DNA from: Octopus vulgaris
Lineage: Eukaryota
Assembly (NCBI GenBank): GCA_951406725.2
Contig: OX597825.1
Location: 34,162,001-34,226,000, forward strand
Length of the DNA: 64,000 bases
Direction: 5' to 3'
Shown here in pieces: positions 13,051-26,960 of the stretch. The notes beneath the pieces are model-generated. The model had not been told where the DNA came from. It made no database searches and saw only the letters and a program-made list of their open reading frames with translations. Numbering within the stretch: position 1 is the first letter of the stretch; every line of letters begins with the position of its first letter. A program made the translations under genes and the position numbers.

Positions 13051-14450
13051 TCTCTGAACTGAAAGTGGAAATGGCAAGGCCAGCTCTGAGGCAGCTAAAA
13101 GGGAAGTTAACAAGCAGGTATACATAGGGAAAATTGTGATGTTGTTGGGAAAAAGAGTGTTCACATGGATGATGATTGAATCGTAATTAGTGACACTGCA
13201 AAGCAAGAGGCTTGGAAGTGCCATTATGAAAGGCTACTAAATGTAATGAACTCATGGGAGAAGGAAAGTCTGCCTACCAATCAGAATAGACAGTAGCATG
13301 GTAGATAAAGCCATGAAGACTAGGAAAGCACCCAAACTATCAGGAATCACTGCTGAGATGTTTAAAATACCTGACAGTGTTGGTTATGGTCTAGTTACTC
13401 AGGTTATACCTGAGGAAGTTATACCAAATGACTGGTATAGCAACACCATTGTCAGCTGCTCAAAGGTAAAGGCAACAGCTTAGACAGAAACAATTACAGA
13501 GGTATCAAATTGTTACATCAGGTAATGAAAGTTATAGAGAGGGTTGTAGCCCAACTAATTAGGAAGAGAGTTAGTCTAAATGAGACACAAGTTTGGTTTT
13601 GTGCCAGGGAGAAGCACCATCTGAGCTATATTTCTGGTAAAGAAGCTGTAGGAGAAATACTGAGCCAAAAATATACCTCTCTACTTGGTTTTTGTTGATA
13701 TGGAGAAAGCCTTTGACAGGGTCTCCCACTCTCTTATCTGGTGGTCAATGTGGAGTAATTAGAGCTGTACAAGCCATGTACAGAGAGGCTCTCAGTAAGG
13801 TGAGAGTTGGCAACAATTACTATGATGAATTCAGGGTATGAGTAAGGGTTCACCAATGATCAATCCACAGCTCCCTCTTGTTCTTCATAGCCCTCCAGGC
13901 AATAACAGAGGAATTTAAGTCGGGCTGTCCCTGGGAGCTCCTCTGTACTGATGACCTTATTCTTATTGCGAAATCACTACCAGAACTAGAGAAGAAATTT
14001 CAGGTGTGGAAGCAAATCTAGAATCAAAGTGATATGCTGTGCTTGAGAAGATTCATCAAGCCATGTGAAATAGTAGTTGTGGCCAATGCCAGTGTCACAT
14101 AACTGGCACATAAAATGCACGTGGAATGCATATCTGAATGTTGGGCCTCATGGCGGCAATGACAGGTGACTGAGACCTTTGGTAATTTGCTGTGCATGAG
14201 AAAACTCATCAAACCAAATGAAATCAGAGTTTTGACTGATGCAAGTATCACGTAACTGGGACCCATACCAGTGATATATAAAAGGCACCCAGTATACTTT
14301 ATGGAGTGGTTGGTGTTATGAAGGGCATCCAGCCTTAGAAACCATGCCATGACTAGAACTTAGTGCAGCTCTCCAGCTTACCAGTTTCAGTCAAACTGTC
14401 TAACCCATGCTAGCATGGAAAGCAGACTCTAAATGATGATGATGATGTGA
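13050..14450 (+). mobile_element. Second degraded RTE copy (same family as 1-1950) plus its 3' tail
   Basis: NYRGIKLLHQVMKVIERV and VDMEKAFDRV; ends ...AGCATGGAAAGCAGACTCTAAATGATGATGAT. Confidence 0.8.
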
Positions 14451-14480
14451 TGATACAGACATACACACACACAGACACAT

Positions 14481-14681
14481 GAGGAAGTGCTGAAAAGTTT
14501 CTGGCTTTGGGTAAGAGAAAATACAGGAGGATAAGTTAACTAAAATTTTATTCAAAATATTCCCCTTTCATGCAATGGTCCTTCAGTTTTTCTAAGCCCT
14601 GCAAAAGACTTTTTAAGTTTGGGCCTCCAACCAGGCTTTTCAGGATAGCCTTAATGCCAGGACTTTTCAGCACTCCACCTC
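14481..14681. mobile_element. ~200-bp mariner-type MITE
   Basis: Terminal inverted repeats GAGGAAGTGCTGAAAAGTTTCTGGC and GCCAGGACTTTTCAGCACTCCACCTC. Confidence 0.7.
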
Positions 14682-15295
14682 ATATATACCCTATTTTAAC
14701 ATGTATAAGGAACCCTTTTGATTTCAAAAATTAGGTTAAAAAATATGGGAGTTTCTTATATATGGATAGTATTACAATCTCTTACAAAACCATTTTATCC
14801 AAATTTTAAGCCCCAAAAATTAGGGAGTTCCTTATAAAATATGGTATATTGATTTGTGAATCTGATTTTCTGTTTGTATTTGTCCCTTACAACTAGTGTT
14901 GGTTTGTTTACATAACCATGACTTAGCGATTCAGCAAAAGAGGCTGATAGAATGAATACCAGGTTTAAAAAAAAGTATGTGCTCTGGTTGATTTCTTTGA
15001 CAGTGCCCCAGCATGGCCACAGTCCAATGACTTAAAAGAGTAAAAGGTAAAAACACTCATTTATATTTTGTTTCATTTTACACACAAACTCACACACACA
15101 TATATGCATGTGTGTATGCATACACGCACACACACATGCCCGCAAACACACATACATGCACAATTATGATAATGCAACTGAAATATAAGAATGTAACATT
15201 ATGTAAAACAGAAATGAATCGATGTCTGTGTTTTGATGAGATGAAAATTAATAGTTCAAGAATTCATGAAAGAAGTTATAAGTTAGAATACTTAC

Positions 15296-15341
15296 TATAA
15301 ACTATTTGCAGGAGAGAAAGTAAAATGAAAATGCGATTCAT
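15296..15341 (-). CDS. First coding exon (signal peptide), gene B
   Basis: Acceptor ttttgtttactttcAG (exon starts at 15344), ATG at 15341, MNRIFILLSLLQIVY, then a phase-1 donor A|GTAAGT. The phase matches exon 4936-5180. Confidence 0.7.
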
Positions 15342-15465
15342 AATCTGAAAGTAAACAAAATATTTGAATGACTTTTTGGAAATAGAGAAAATATATCACA
15401 CTTTATTGAAAGTCAGAACAGTTACACTCAGTACTCAAAATTTCCCATTACAAATATGTGTACCT

Positions 15466-15682
15466 TTTCTTTGCTACTCTAGACACAAGGCCCAAAATGT
15501 TTAGGGAGGGAGCAAGTCGAATAGATCGACCCCAGTACACAAAACTGGTACTTAATTCATCTACCCCGAAAGGGTGTAAGGCAAAGTCGAACTCAGCAGA
15601 ATTTGAACTCAGAATGTAAAGGCAGGTGAAATACCACTAAGCATTTCGCCCGGCATGATAACACTTCTGCTAGTTCACCGTC
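15466..15682 (-). mobile_element. SINE with an 18-bp TSD
   Basis: TTACAAATATGTGTACCT flanks both ends (~15448 and ~15683). Confidence 0.88.
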
Positions 15683-16680
15683 TTACAAATATGTGTACCT
15701 GTGTGCTAATGAAAGTGATTGTCTGACCTGGTAGAAATAGCAGTCAAGTCTCTCTTAACTCTAACTATACCATCTTAAAACAGGAAGAGCACATTGAATA
15801 ATGTTGTTTTAGGTACACTATGGAATTTTAAAATTTTATTCTTTTACTTGTTTCAGTTATTTGACTCCAGGCATACCAGACCACTGCCTTGAAGGGTTTT
15901 AGTCGGACAAATCAACCCATGGCCTTATTTTTTAAGCCTAGTATTTATTTATTCTATTGGGTCCTTTTGCTGAACTACTAAGTTATGAGGATCTAAACAC
16001 ACCAACACCATTTGTCAAGCAAAGAAATGTGGGGGGGGGGGACAAACACAGACACACACACACATATACAACAAGCTTCTTTCAGTTTCCATCTACCAAA
16101 GGCTTTATTAGCCTGAGGTTATAGTAGAAGACACTTGTCCAAGGTGGAATACAGTGGGACTGAACCTGGAACCATGTGGTTAGGAAGCAGGTTTCTTACC
16201 ATGCAACCATGCTTGTGCCTGTAGTCATTAATGGGATACCTTTGATGACGGGTTTGCACAGTCATTACCTAACTGAAGTAAATAGCAACGACATGTGTAT
16301 CAACAGTAGACACACACAAACATGCACACACACGTACGCATGCACACCCACACACATGCTTGTGTACGCACACATACATTCATCCCTATGGCACTCCTGT
16401 CGTCCTACTCACATGTTTCTTCAGCTCTTATCACCTTTGTTATATCTTATCGCCCCACCCTCACCTGACCCTGCCCTAAGAACTATACTCAGTCCTTCTT
16501 TCTCTTGACCATTGGCCTTTCAGGAATCTTCTTCGGCTTATATTTTCCTTGTGGTGCAACTGTTTCAAAGGAACATTAGCAACAAAATGCTCTTCAGTCT
16601 TGGAGGATCTGTTTAGTCGTGGGTGCTATCTTTGTCTTTAGCCAATAAAATATAAATTAATCAAACTTGCTTCTTGTTGC

Positions 16681-16713
<33 letters not shown>

Positions 16714-16715
<2 letters not shown>

Positions 16716-19590
16716 TATGTTTGACTTTTGCTTTATATTTGTACAAGTTGGCTCCAAGTCTCACCCAGAGACCTCAAGAGACAACAGGGTTGGAAGTTCA
16801 TGTTGTTGTTATGCCTAGTGTGCCATATATTTGGGGGGTGGGGATGTTGTACTAATGAATGTCTAAAAAAAAAAAAAAGTTTTTTTTTTTTTTTTTTTTT
16901 TTAAACCGAAAATTATGGTTGTTTTAAACCTTGAGGTTACATAGAGAGTATTTTGCGTAGGATATGAGCAGTTCCCATGAGCACTATCTTTTGAACTTCT
17001 GCCATTTTTGGGTTTCCTGGTATCTGAGTTAGGTAGCTATCAGCCCCTTTTGCTATCATTCCCAGGGCACCTATGACAACAGGTATTGTTTTAGTCTTCA
17101 GCTTCCACATTTTGCTGATTTCTATTTCAAGATCTTTATATTTGCTCAGTTTTTGGTAGGTCCTGACAGATACGTTTATATCGATTGGGACAGTCATATC
17201 AATGAGGAGGCATGTTCTTTGTTTGAAGTCTTTCAATATGATGTCTGGCCTATTTGCATCTATCTTCCTGTCAGTTTGAATGGTGAAGTTCCAGAGGAGT
17301 GAGATGTGGTCATTTTCAAGCACTGGGGTGGTTTGTGTTCCCACCAGTTTTTTTTCATGGGGCAAATCCAGGTTTTTTACAGATTACCCAGTGAATATAT
17401 TGTGCAGCTCTATCGTGCCTGTTGAGATACTCTGTAGGCGCTAGAAGACTGCACTTGGAGACCACATGGTCAATGGTTTCATTTTGTTGCTTGCATACAC
17501 GACACGTTGGACTGCTTCTGATCTTTAATATGTTGGCCTGGTAGTTTCTTGTTGGTAGGCATTGATCTTGAGCTGCTATGATAAACCCCTCTGTTTCAGA
17601 TTTTAAGCCAGAGGCCATTAGCCATTGATGGGTCAGGGCTTTGTCGATATCTGCATTATTCGCTCTCTTTGGGTATTTGCCATAGAGAGGTTTTTTCTTG
17701 CCATTTATTATTCAGAATATCTAAGGCCGCAGTTTTGGCACGGGTTTTCATGCGCCTAGCTTTTTCTGTGCTTGTTTCTTGTATGTCTATCTCTAATTCC
17801 GAAATTGGTTGTATTCGGAATTCACTTAGATATTCCTTTGCCTGTTTTGTGACTGAGTATGATGCTTTCTTGTTTTCATGTTTTGAGACAAGTTTTAACA
17901 TCCAGTCCTCAGAGTTTTTCAGGTAGGTGTCTAGGCCAATTGTAGCAATCTTCATTGTTATTGCCAGTTGCAAAAGACCACGGCCTCCCTCTTTTCTTGG
18001 CAGATAGAGTCGTTCTGTATCTGCCTTAGGGTGGTGCATTCTATGCATTGTCAACAGTTTCCTTATTTTTCTGTCGAGCTGACATATTTCAGTAATTGAC
18101 CAGTTAACAATATTGAAACTGTAAGTCACGACTGGTATAGCTAATGCATTGATTGCTTCGATCCTGTTTCTTGCATTCAGCTCTGTCTTGAGTATTGCTC
18201 TCACTCTTCGATAGCATTCTCTCCTGATCCTTTCCTTCATCTCTGAATGCCTTATTCCGTTCCCTTCAATTACCCCTAGGTACTTGTAGCTCTCCGCTGG
18301 GTCTAGTTCTTTTATGACATTCTGTTGGTCAAGGTTAACGTTAGATGTTTCTGTCATTTTTCCTTTGATAAAGGTAGCCTTTGCACATTTATCGAGGCCG
18401 AATTGCATTCTGATGTCGTCACTGAATTGTTTGACTATCGCTAGTAAGCCCTTGAGTTGTTGATCATTTTTTGCAAAAAGCTTTAAATCATCCATGTAAA
18501 CGAGATGATTTATATTTTTATCAAACATTTTATACCCGTACTGCGCGTCATTGAGCAGCTTTGAGAGAGGTATTAAGGATAAACAAAAGAGGAGTGGTGA
18601 CAGTGAGTCACCCTGGAAAATGCCACACGAAATTTTTACATCACCAGCATTTAGGGATTCACTGTCACTGTTCAGAGTTAGTGTGGTTCTCCATGATCTC
18701 ATACTTACAGTCAAGAAGTTTCGCAGAGTTGGTGCTATCTTATACATTTCCAGGCATTTCCTAATCCAGCTATGTGGTAGGCTATCAAAAGCCTTTTTAT
18801 AGTGTATCCAGGCTATTGATAAGTTTTTGTGTCGTTTGTGACAATCTTCTAAGATCATCTTATTGATGAGTAGTTGGTCTTTACAGCCGTAGGATCCACG
18901 TTTACATCCTTTCTGTTCATTAGGGAATATGCTGCTGTCTGTTAAAAAACTATAGGTATATTCCGTCAGGACAGATGTTAGTGTTTTGTACATAGTTGTT
19001 AAGCAGGTTATGGGGCTATAGTTTTTTGGTTCATTTGTTTCTTCACTTTTTGGAAGCAGGAATGTTAACCCATTAACTAGCCAAGGAGGCATCCTACTAG
19101 GGTGTTGCAAAACATCATTGTACAGTTCTGTTAGCAGTTCATGGCTCTCTGGGAAGGCATTCAGCCAGAAGTTAGGAATTTTATCCTTTCCTGGAGACTT
19201 CCATTTGCTTGACCTCCTGAGAGCAGATCTTATATCTTCTACCTTGACACCCTCCCACTTTTGCTCTTCTAAGGGGTCCAGTTCTGTAGATATTCTGTCA
19301 ATCCAGGGGGCCTTTTCGTTGTGTGTTTTTTCTTCTGCCCAGATTTTATTCCAAAATCTCTGCACTTCTTTTGATGGTACAGACCCTGCAGTAAACGCTG
19401 TTTTTCCTATCTTCCTGTAAAAATTCTTGGTGTTATTTTTGAACATGTTGTTGTCCTTGAAAAATCTAACACGCTTTTCATACCTCGCTATGCGGGCAGC
19501 TTTGGCAGATACCTTTTGTTTGATGGTTTCTATGGTGGCATCAATATCAAGTATAGTTTTCATATTGTATTTTTTCAGTAATTTTTGGGT
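16714..19590 (-). mobile_element. Young R4/Dong-like non-LTR retrotransposon (RT + CCHC + restriction-like endonuclease) inserted in (TAA)n
   Basis: ORFs 17656-19629 (GIFQGDSLSPLLF, YMDD), 17355-17618 (CRVC...HVVSKC...RHD) and 16937-17365 (RPDII...IDMTVP...K..KY..L). (ATT)n tracts lie on both flanks (16680-16713, 19590-19650). Confidence 0.93.
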
Positions 19591-19591
19591 A

Positions 19592-19626
<35 letters not shown>

Positions 19627-20194
19627 CATTATTATTATTATTATTATTGAGTGAGAGAGTAGTGCATGCCATCAAAATGACACTGGGGTACAAATATACG
19701 AAGCTCAATACACATATCATGACTACCTGTCTGATAAGGGTGCATCAGACACATGCATCACAACAATATATGCATGACATGTGATTTCATATCAAGATAA
19801 ACAGTGCATGACCAGGTGGTGTCCAGTTAGAATTTTCTTCAGGTTGAGCAGCCCCATCCTGCTCAAAAGTCCTTGAAAAGGGTTTGTTTAAGGATGATGA
19901 ACAAGACACCCATGTTTCCAGGGATGAATTATTCAGACCCCAAAGAATTCCTCTCAACACATAGCTATGATGCTCACCAACTGCTTCTGCTTGTGACCAA
20001 AGATGTACATACTGTCAGCCATTAAAGAACATGCTCAACTGGTTATGGTCAAGCAACTGACAAGCGAATCTGTGGTATTGAACAGAATATTTGCTGTTGC
20101 CCATCTTTTATACCACGACAAAACATGTACATGATAACACTTCCAATCATTTAAGATCAAAAGCTAATAGAGCTAGTACTGTATCAGGGCATTT

Positions 20195-20400
20195 ATTACC
20201 TCCACCTTAGTGAAGGCAGAGGTATTGCTTTCAGTTGTGTTTGTTTGTTTGTTTGTCTGTGAACAAAATATCTCAAGAACTGCCGGATGGTTTTAGATGA
20301 AACTTTCAGAGATGTTTGGCCTCATGACTGGCACAAACTGATTAGATTTGCGGATTGGTCCAGTACCAGACAAGGTTCTGGATTATTCGTTATATTTATT
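20195..20400 (+). mobile_element. Helentron/DINE-like non-autonomous element 5' end
   Basis: TTACCTCC...GAGGT short hairpin, (GTTT)n/GTCTGT tract, ATGAAACTT motif. Confidence 0.5.
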
Positions 20401-20699
20401 TTACTTTACATGAAGTATTACGATCTTATGTTGGCTTTCAAGTCTTTCTCTGATTATCTCACATAAAAAGCACACTCATGGTTTCCACATAGGTTATGGT
20501 GGCATTGCTGTTTCCAAAGTTTTATTTCTGTTTCTCTGTCATTATTATTATTATTTACGTCCCTATCTTTGTAGAGACTGATGAATAAAGAAATCAAACT
20601 ACATAAACAAACAGCCGCAAAAAACGTTCAGAAATTAAATAGCATTAACATATTCAGTAGCAATAATAGATTTAATCTATCCTTGAAAATTTTTAGTTT

Positions 20700-20940
20700 T
20701 ACCAATTTTGAATACATCACTCCTGCTTAAAACCTCTTAACCATTTCGCAACTTCATTTCTAGCTCTCCCTTGACGGAAGCTTTACTCCTTTAGCTCGCA
20801 TTTTTGTGCCCAACAATTTTATAAAACCTCCGTTAACAGCACTGTATGCAGGTCCTTTCCATTTCCTTTCACACGCGGATAAGTTTTTCTCTATAGACCT
20901 TAATGGTTGTAAAGACACTATAAACAGCCTACAACCTTGC
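20700..20940 (+). mobile_element. Ty3/Gypsy integrase C-terminal fragment
   Basis: KPPLTALYAGPFHFL...FSIDLNGCKDTI is homologous to the integrase tail at 23930-24050 (-). Confidence 0.6.
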
Positions 20941-21334
20941 AGGTGGGGCCCAGTTAGAGTCTTCTTCAGGTTGAGTAGCCCACTCTGCTCATGACCCAAA
21001 CAAAACTATGACAAGATTTGAACTCAAAAACACATTGAGTTGGAACAAATACCACAAGATACTTGATCCAATATTTTTGCAGTTCTGCTCATCCGTCTCC
21101 CTGGATTAATACTTTTTTTTTCATCAATCCTGAAAGGATGAAAGGTGAATTTGACTATTTTCCAATAAATTTTGGATATTTCCAAGTTTGCTCAGTGAAG
21201 AAATAACAATTAATACAGCAGGTGGTATGTTTAGATTCTGTTGTGGGCGTCATTGTTGTTTATATCCCCATAACTTAGTGGTCTGATGATAGAGCCTTAT
21301 AAATAAGCTCTGGGATTAATGTGTTCATCTGAAC

Positions 21335-21690
21335 CAGAGGTTCTCAACTGGGGTCAACATGGACCCTCATGCACTATATAAGGTTTTTGTGGGTCCAAGC
21401 AACAAAATAATAGATTGGGGATCCACAATACTATTTTAAAGGCCCCTGAAAAAACTTTGCTTTACATGTATGTATTGTTATGTATTGCAAGAAACAGCTG
21501 GATGCTTTTTCTCTAACATTTTATATAGTTCGACCAACTCAAGTTAACGTGTGAAAAACAAAATAGCAATTTTAAAAGAAGTTTCTATAAAACTAGTTTT
21601 TGAACATTGAATAGTAATGAGATGGGGGTCCACCAGAATAAAATAGTAATGAACGGGGTCTATAGGTGAGAAATGGTTGAGAAATGGTTG
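21335..21690. mobile_element. hAT/Charlie-like MITE
   Basis: Starts CAGAGGTTCTCAAC, ends ...GGTTGAGAA; GGGGTCC subterminal motifs. Confidence 0.6.
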
Positions 21691-23120
21691 AAAAGGTTGT
21701 GTCCCAGCATGTTCTACAGTTCAATGAATAAAGCAAGTGAAAGATAAAAGATAAAAACAAACAAGTAGAGGAAATAAGGAACCACAACTTACTGGTTAAT
21801 TAAAAATATAATTTCCACAAGTCAGTGACTGCTCTGAATCAGTACAGTGTCAAGGTAAATTTTTTTTTAATAATTTTGATCCTTTATATTCTGATTTCAA
21901 ATCTTGTTGGGATCAGCTTGCTTGTTAGTTCTTTCATTGGTTTGGTAAACTAATTCTAATGAAGAGTATGGTGAATCAATATGTATGTGCTACACAGCAG
22001 CATCTAATCCACTCCTAACAAATTTGAGGCTTGAGTCTAAAGTGAGATATATTTGGTCAATGAGATTGTATGAGTACATGTGCGTGTAATTTTAGTATAT
22101 TGGTGTGACTTTAATTAAATGTGTGTGTGCGTGTTATATAGGCAATTATATATAAATATAGGCAAATGTTTACATGTATACATGCATGTTTGTATACACA
22201 TACATATGTGTGTATATGTAATTCACTTGAATAGTAGCTGAGAGCAGGAAGTTCTTGAAAGTAACAAACAGAATTTGAAAATTCACTTCAAAAACAATCC
22301 TTAGTATTCCTTTGTTTTCTTTTCCTTTTTCATTTCTTTTTACTTTTTTTTTTTTTTTGTCTACAATTCACAAATCTTCCCACAGATATTCCTGTACAGT
22401 ACTTACTTGTTTAATATTTTCATTTATTCAGAGACTGTCTTTGCCACTAAAAACAATGGAACTATGATGATGTTAGCCATAAAACAAGTCAATAAAATAC
22501 ATCAATTTCATTGAACCCTAGTGCTCAACTGGTACTTACTTCATCAACCCAAAAAAGAAGGCAAGCGAAGTTGACCTTGGTGGAATTTGAATTCAAAACA
22601 TGGATATGGATGAAATGCTGCTAAACATTTTGTCTGCTGTGCTATCAATTCTGCCAGTTTGCCAACCTATTGTTAATGTTAACATTAACATCATTCTTAA
22701 GTTAATGCAAACAAACTCATATTTAGGCAAAAACCATTTTAGTAAGCAGAGCAGTTTGTTCCAGGTCTTTGTTAAGGTATACTCATCCAGTATTTCTATG
22801 GTTGTATGGATGACAGTATTTCTCAAAGATTTTTACCTCTATTTTTAAAAACTTTATTGATGGCATAGTGGTTAAGAGGACGGGCTACTAACTCCAAGAT
22901 TCCGAGTTCAATTCCAACACTAACAACAATAATAATAATAACAATATCGAAAAATACCTTAGGAATGAGAACCAGGCTCGAAATTTCCCCATGACACCTG
23001 AAGAAAACTGGAGGGTATATCAGCCGAAACGTGTTAACAACAAACACGATGAGGACAAATATCCATCGAATCTTTGCTGCTGTTGTTCAACAGATACTAT
23101 CTAAGTAAAATCATATGATT

Positions 23121-24745
23121 TGTAGTAGAAATACATATTCAGTACCAGGTGGTGAAATAGCTGCGTGTATATTATTACAAGAATTCATATAGAGATGAAG
23201 AATAAATTCAAACACTATATCTTTACTACATAAAAATATATTTTACTGCATTTATGTTGTAAAATATATTTTACTACATAAAGATATATTTTATTTACTG
23301 GTCGATGATGATACATAATCAAAATGTAGAATCTAATTGAATGAAGTAATCTATGCAAGAAAGTTCAGAGATAGAAAATGTAGAAATAACAGCTAAGTGG
23401 TGGTTTTCAGTTATGTGGCGTAGAGAGACATGGCAATTAGGTGATTTGCTCTTAGTCTAATCGACTAAGAAGCGAAGAGCAGGGTTTGCAAGCTGTTTTT
23501 ATTAATGGAACGCTAGACATTCTAGAAACTTCCAAGAGAAACGCTAAGCTTCTTGAATAATTAAGAATCACGTCTCATGGCATAGATGCTTCGAGAAACT
23601 TAGTAAAGGGAGGTTACTCTATAATCTTCCTTGTAAGGGAGATCATTCAACTATTTAGCTACACAGACCACTACACACACCCTAAGCAGAGGTAACATTA
23701 TACAATAATGAAAATAGCAAAAATGTATATATCATAAAATGTCAAACTGTAGAAACAATATCACAGTTCAAATGTAATAAATGTTTGTTAAATTCTTGGA
23801 CCAATGCACTTGTCTACCACTTTTGTTAGTCAGAATTTGTGGAAGGTATGTGCAAAGGATGTATTTGTAATGCTGTGTGTGTGTTGTCTGTAATGGGGTT
23901 GGAAATAGTTTTTTCAATGTGAGCCGTTTTTGGTCTATCAACAGAAATAGTGCCTTTACAACTGTTAAGATCTAAGATGAAAACTTTTCTTTGTGCAAGA
24001 AAGTACATGAAAGAGTCCTGAATACGGTGCTGTTAAAGGATGTTGAATGGCATCGTTGCAAATAAAAACATGAGTCCAGGAAGAATAGTCCTTAGGCAAA
24101 TATGTTTTAATGTCTTGTTTTCTGGTGTTCATATGTGGTAACTTTGACATATAATCATGCAAGCATTCAACAAAATTTATAGTATTGATATCTTGCCTGT
24201 TTTCAGGAACTTGTGCTACAGTTAGAGAAGAGATGTCTGTGAGTGAAATGACTTCTAGCCAGTGGGAAAAACGATCAATACAGGTTAATAAAAAACATGT
24301 AGCCCTGACTCACAGACCAAGGCCCTACTATATCAACATGTGCTGGAATTGTGCATCTGGAGTGGAGAAAGTACCTAACTGTGCATGGATATGTTTATGT
24401 ACCTTACATCTTTGACAGTCGACACAGGTAGAAGTCCAATTAGCTATATCTCGACGCATGTTCGGCCAAATGAAATGAGCTGAAATAAGCTTCAATGTTG
24501 CTGTTATACCAGGATGTGAAATATTGTGTAGCGCTGAAAAAATGATACGGATGTGCTTTTGAAGAACTAAAGTGTGGGGTTTACCAGAAGGAAAATCGTA
24601 AAGGATTTGTTTGTTTGATGTCAAAACTGGGAAATGTTGGAGGTGGAAAGGAATTAGTTCTCATTGTTGTATATATTATTCAAATCAACGGCTGGTTGAC
24701 CTTCCGACATTTCATCCAAGTTAATTTCTGCAGCTGAAAATAACA
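23121..24745 (-). mobile_element. Ty3/Gypsy 3' half: integrase remnant plus LTR
   Basis: Integrase HHCC region LHNISHPGITAT...WPNMRRDIANWTSTCVDCQRCK (24328-24624). LTR ~23121-23675 with TGTAG/CTACA termini; 23121-23310 is the reverse complement of 25625-25777. Confidence 0.85.
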
Positions 24746-25445
24746 TCATCATCATCGTTTAACGTCCGCTTTCCATGCTAGCATGGGTTGGACGGTTCAA
24801 CTGGGGTCTGGCTAGCCCGAAGGCTGCACCAGGCCAGTCAGATCTGGCAGTGTTTCTACAGCTGGATGCTCTTCCTAACGCCAACCACTCCAAGAGTGTA
24901 GTGGGTGATTTTATGTGCCCCCGACACAGGTGCCAGACGAGGTTGGCAGACGGCCACGCTCGGGTGGTGTTTTTTATGTGCCACCGACACAGGTGCCAGA
25001 CGAGGCTGGCAGACGGCCACGCTCGGATGGTGTTTTCTTATGTGTCACCGGCACAGGTGCCAGACGAGGCTGGCGAACGGCCACGCTCGGATGGTGTTTG
25101 TTACGTGCCCTCAACACGGAGGCCAGTCGATGCGGTACTGGCTACGGTCACGTTCAGATGGTTTTCTTATGTGCCACCGGCACTGGTACCATAAAGGATA
25201 CAAATTCCATTGATGTACATCTATTTTGATTTGGTTTTGATTTTGATTTTGATTTTCACTTGCCTCAACAGGTCTTCTCAAGTGTCACAATAAGGAAGGT
25301 ATGCACAGGTGGACTGACTACGTCCCAGGTAGGGGCCATGGGTTATGGCTTCACTAGTCTTGCCGGGTCTTCTCACGCACAGCATACTTCCGTAGGTCTC
25401 GGTCTCTAGTCATTTCCATGGTGAGACCTAACGTCCGAAGGTCGT
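24745..25445 (-). mobile_element. RTE 3' end plus tail with ~60-bp tandem units
   Basis: CATCATC...TTTAACGTCCGCTTTCCATGCTAGC; 3-4 copies of CACAGGTGCCAGACGAGGCTGGC...CCACGCTCGG. Confidence 0.8.
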
Positions 25446-25624
25446 GCTTCACCACCTCGTCCAATGATTACAGGTAAACAGGATAAAAAATCTGCAACAA
25501 TGTTCTCAGAAACTGGAATATATCATATATCACTCATGAATCGTGAAATGTAATCCAAATGCAGAATGTCTTTCGGAGACAACTTATCTGACTTGCAGTA
25601 TAAAGTGAATGATAATGGCTTATG

Positions 25625-26960
25625 GTTATGTATCATCATCGACCAGTAAATAAAATATATTTTTATGTAGTAAATATATAGTTCTTGAATTTATTCTTCG
25701 TCTCTAAATGAACTCATGTAATAATATATACATGCAGCTATATCACCACCTGGTACTGAATATATATCTCCACTACATAAATTGGTGACCCCAACGTATC
25801 ATTATAAGTTTGGTTCTGCAGCTAGGAAATGTATTTCACTTTGTACATTTAAAACACAGGAAAACTAAAAAGCTGAACTCCAAGTGTGACTGCAGTTCCT
25901 GGCACATTTTCTCCTAGTCGCGCATTTCTCGTACTAAATTTCGAGTCTAAGAAAGAATTTCTAGTCGATTCTGGAGTGTCCTGCAGTATATGGCCATCTA
26001 AATTTGTTAAAGAAAACTTTTCACTTCTGCCAAATGTCTTCAAGCAGACAACAGCTCTCCTGTTAAAACTTTCGGTGAGATTTCACTCACGCTGGACTTG
26101 AATCTCAGATGAAGTTTCCAGTGGGTTTTCATCATTGCTGACCTTCTTCATCCAATTTTAGGAGCTGATTTTCTCAACCCATTTTTCATTATTAGAGGAT
26201 GTCAAAAAAAAAAAAAAAAAAGAAGAGAGACTTATTGATAGCAGTACCCTGTTATGCACTTTAGGAATATATTTCAATTCTGCTTCTGTCAGCCCACTAT
26301 TTTTTATTGCAGATCGACCAAATATCAAACTTTGATTCAATCCTTTCCTGAATTAACAAATTTAACTTTCAGTGTCAATGCTTCAACACATACAACTATT
26401 CATCATATAACCACCAATTGATCTCCCGGTTTCTTGTGTCCTAGACGTTTACCACCTGAAAAATACAAAGCTGCTAAAGCAGAGTTCAGCCACATGCTCC
26501 AGCTTGGTATAATTCATCCTTCAAAGAGTAACTGGTCATCACCACTCCATTTAGTGAAAAAGAAATCTGGTGATTTTAGATCTACTGGTCACTATAGACG
26601 ACTCAATGCTATTACCATTCCAGATAGGTATCCTATAACACATATCAAGATTTTGCATCTTCTCTGCATGGTTGCTCTATTTTCTTGAGAATAGATTCGA
26701 TATGAACATACCATCAGATTCCTGTCATCCCAAATGATATTCTGAAAATGGATATTGCAACTCTATTAGGGTCATTTGAACTTCTTACCATGTTCTTTGG
26801 GTTAAGGAAAGCCGCCAGTACTTTTCTGCGTTTCATTGTTGAAGTAAGATGTGGATTAGATTTTGTCTGCGCCTATATTGACGATCTTCCCATCGATAGT
26901 TCTTCCAAGAAAGAACATGAGTTTCATTTGAAGCAACTTTTTCAACGGTTTTCTCAATAA
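25625..26960 (+). mobile_element. Ty3/Gypsy 5' half: LTR end, PBS, protease and RT remnants
   Basis: ...CCACTACA then TGGTGACCCC PBS at ~25785; protease FLVDSG; [10 protein letters not shown]...[13 protein letters not shown]...[18 protein letters not shown]. Confidence 0.88.
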
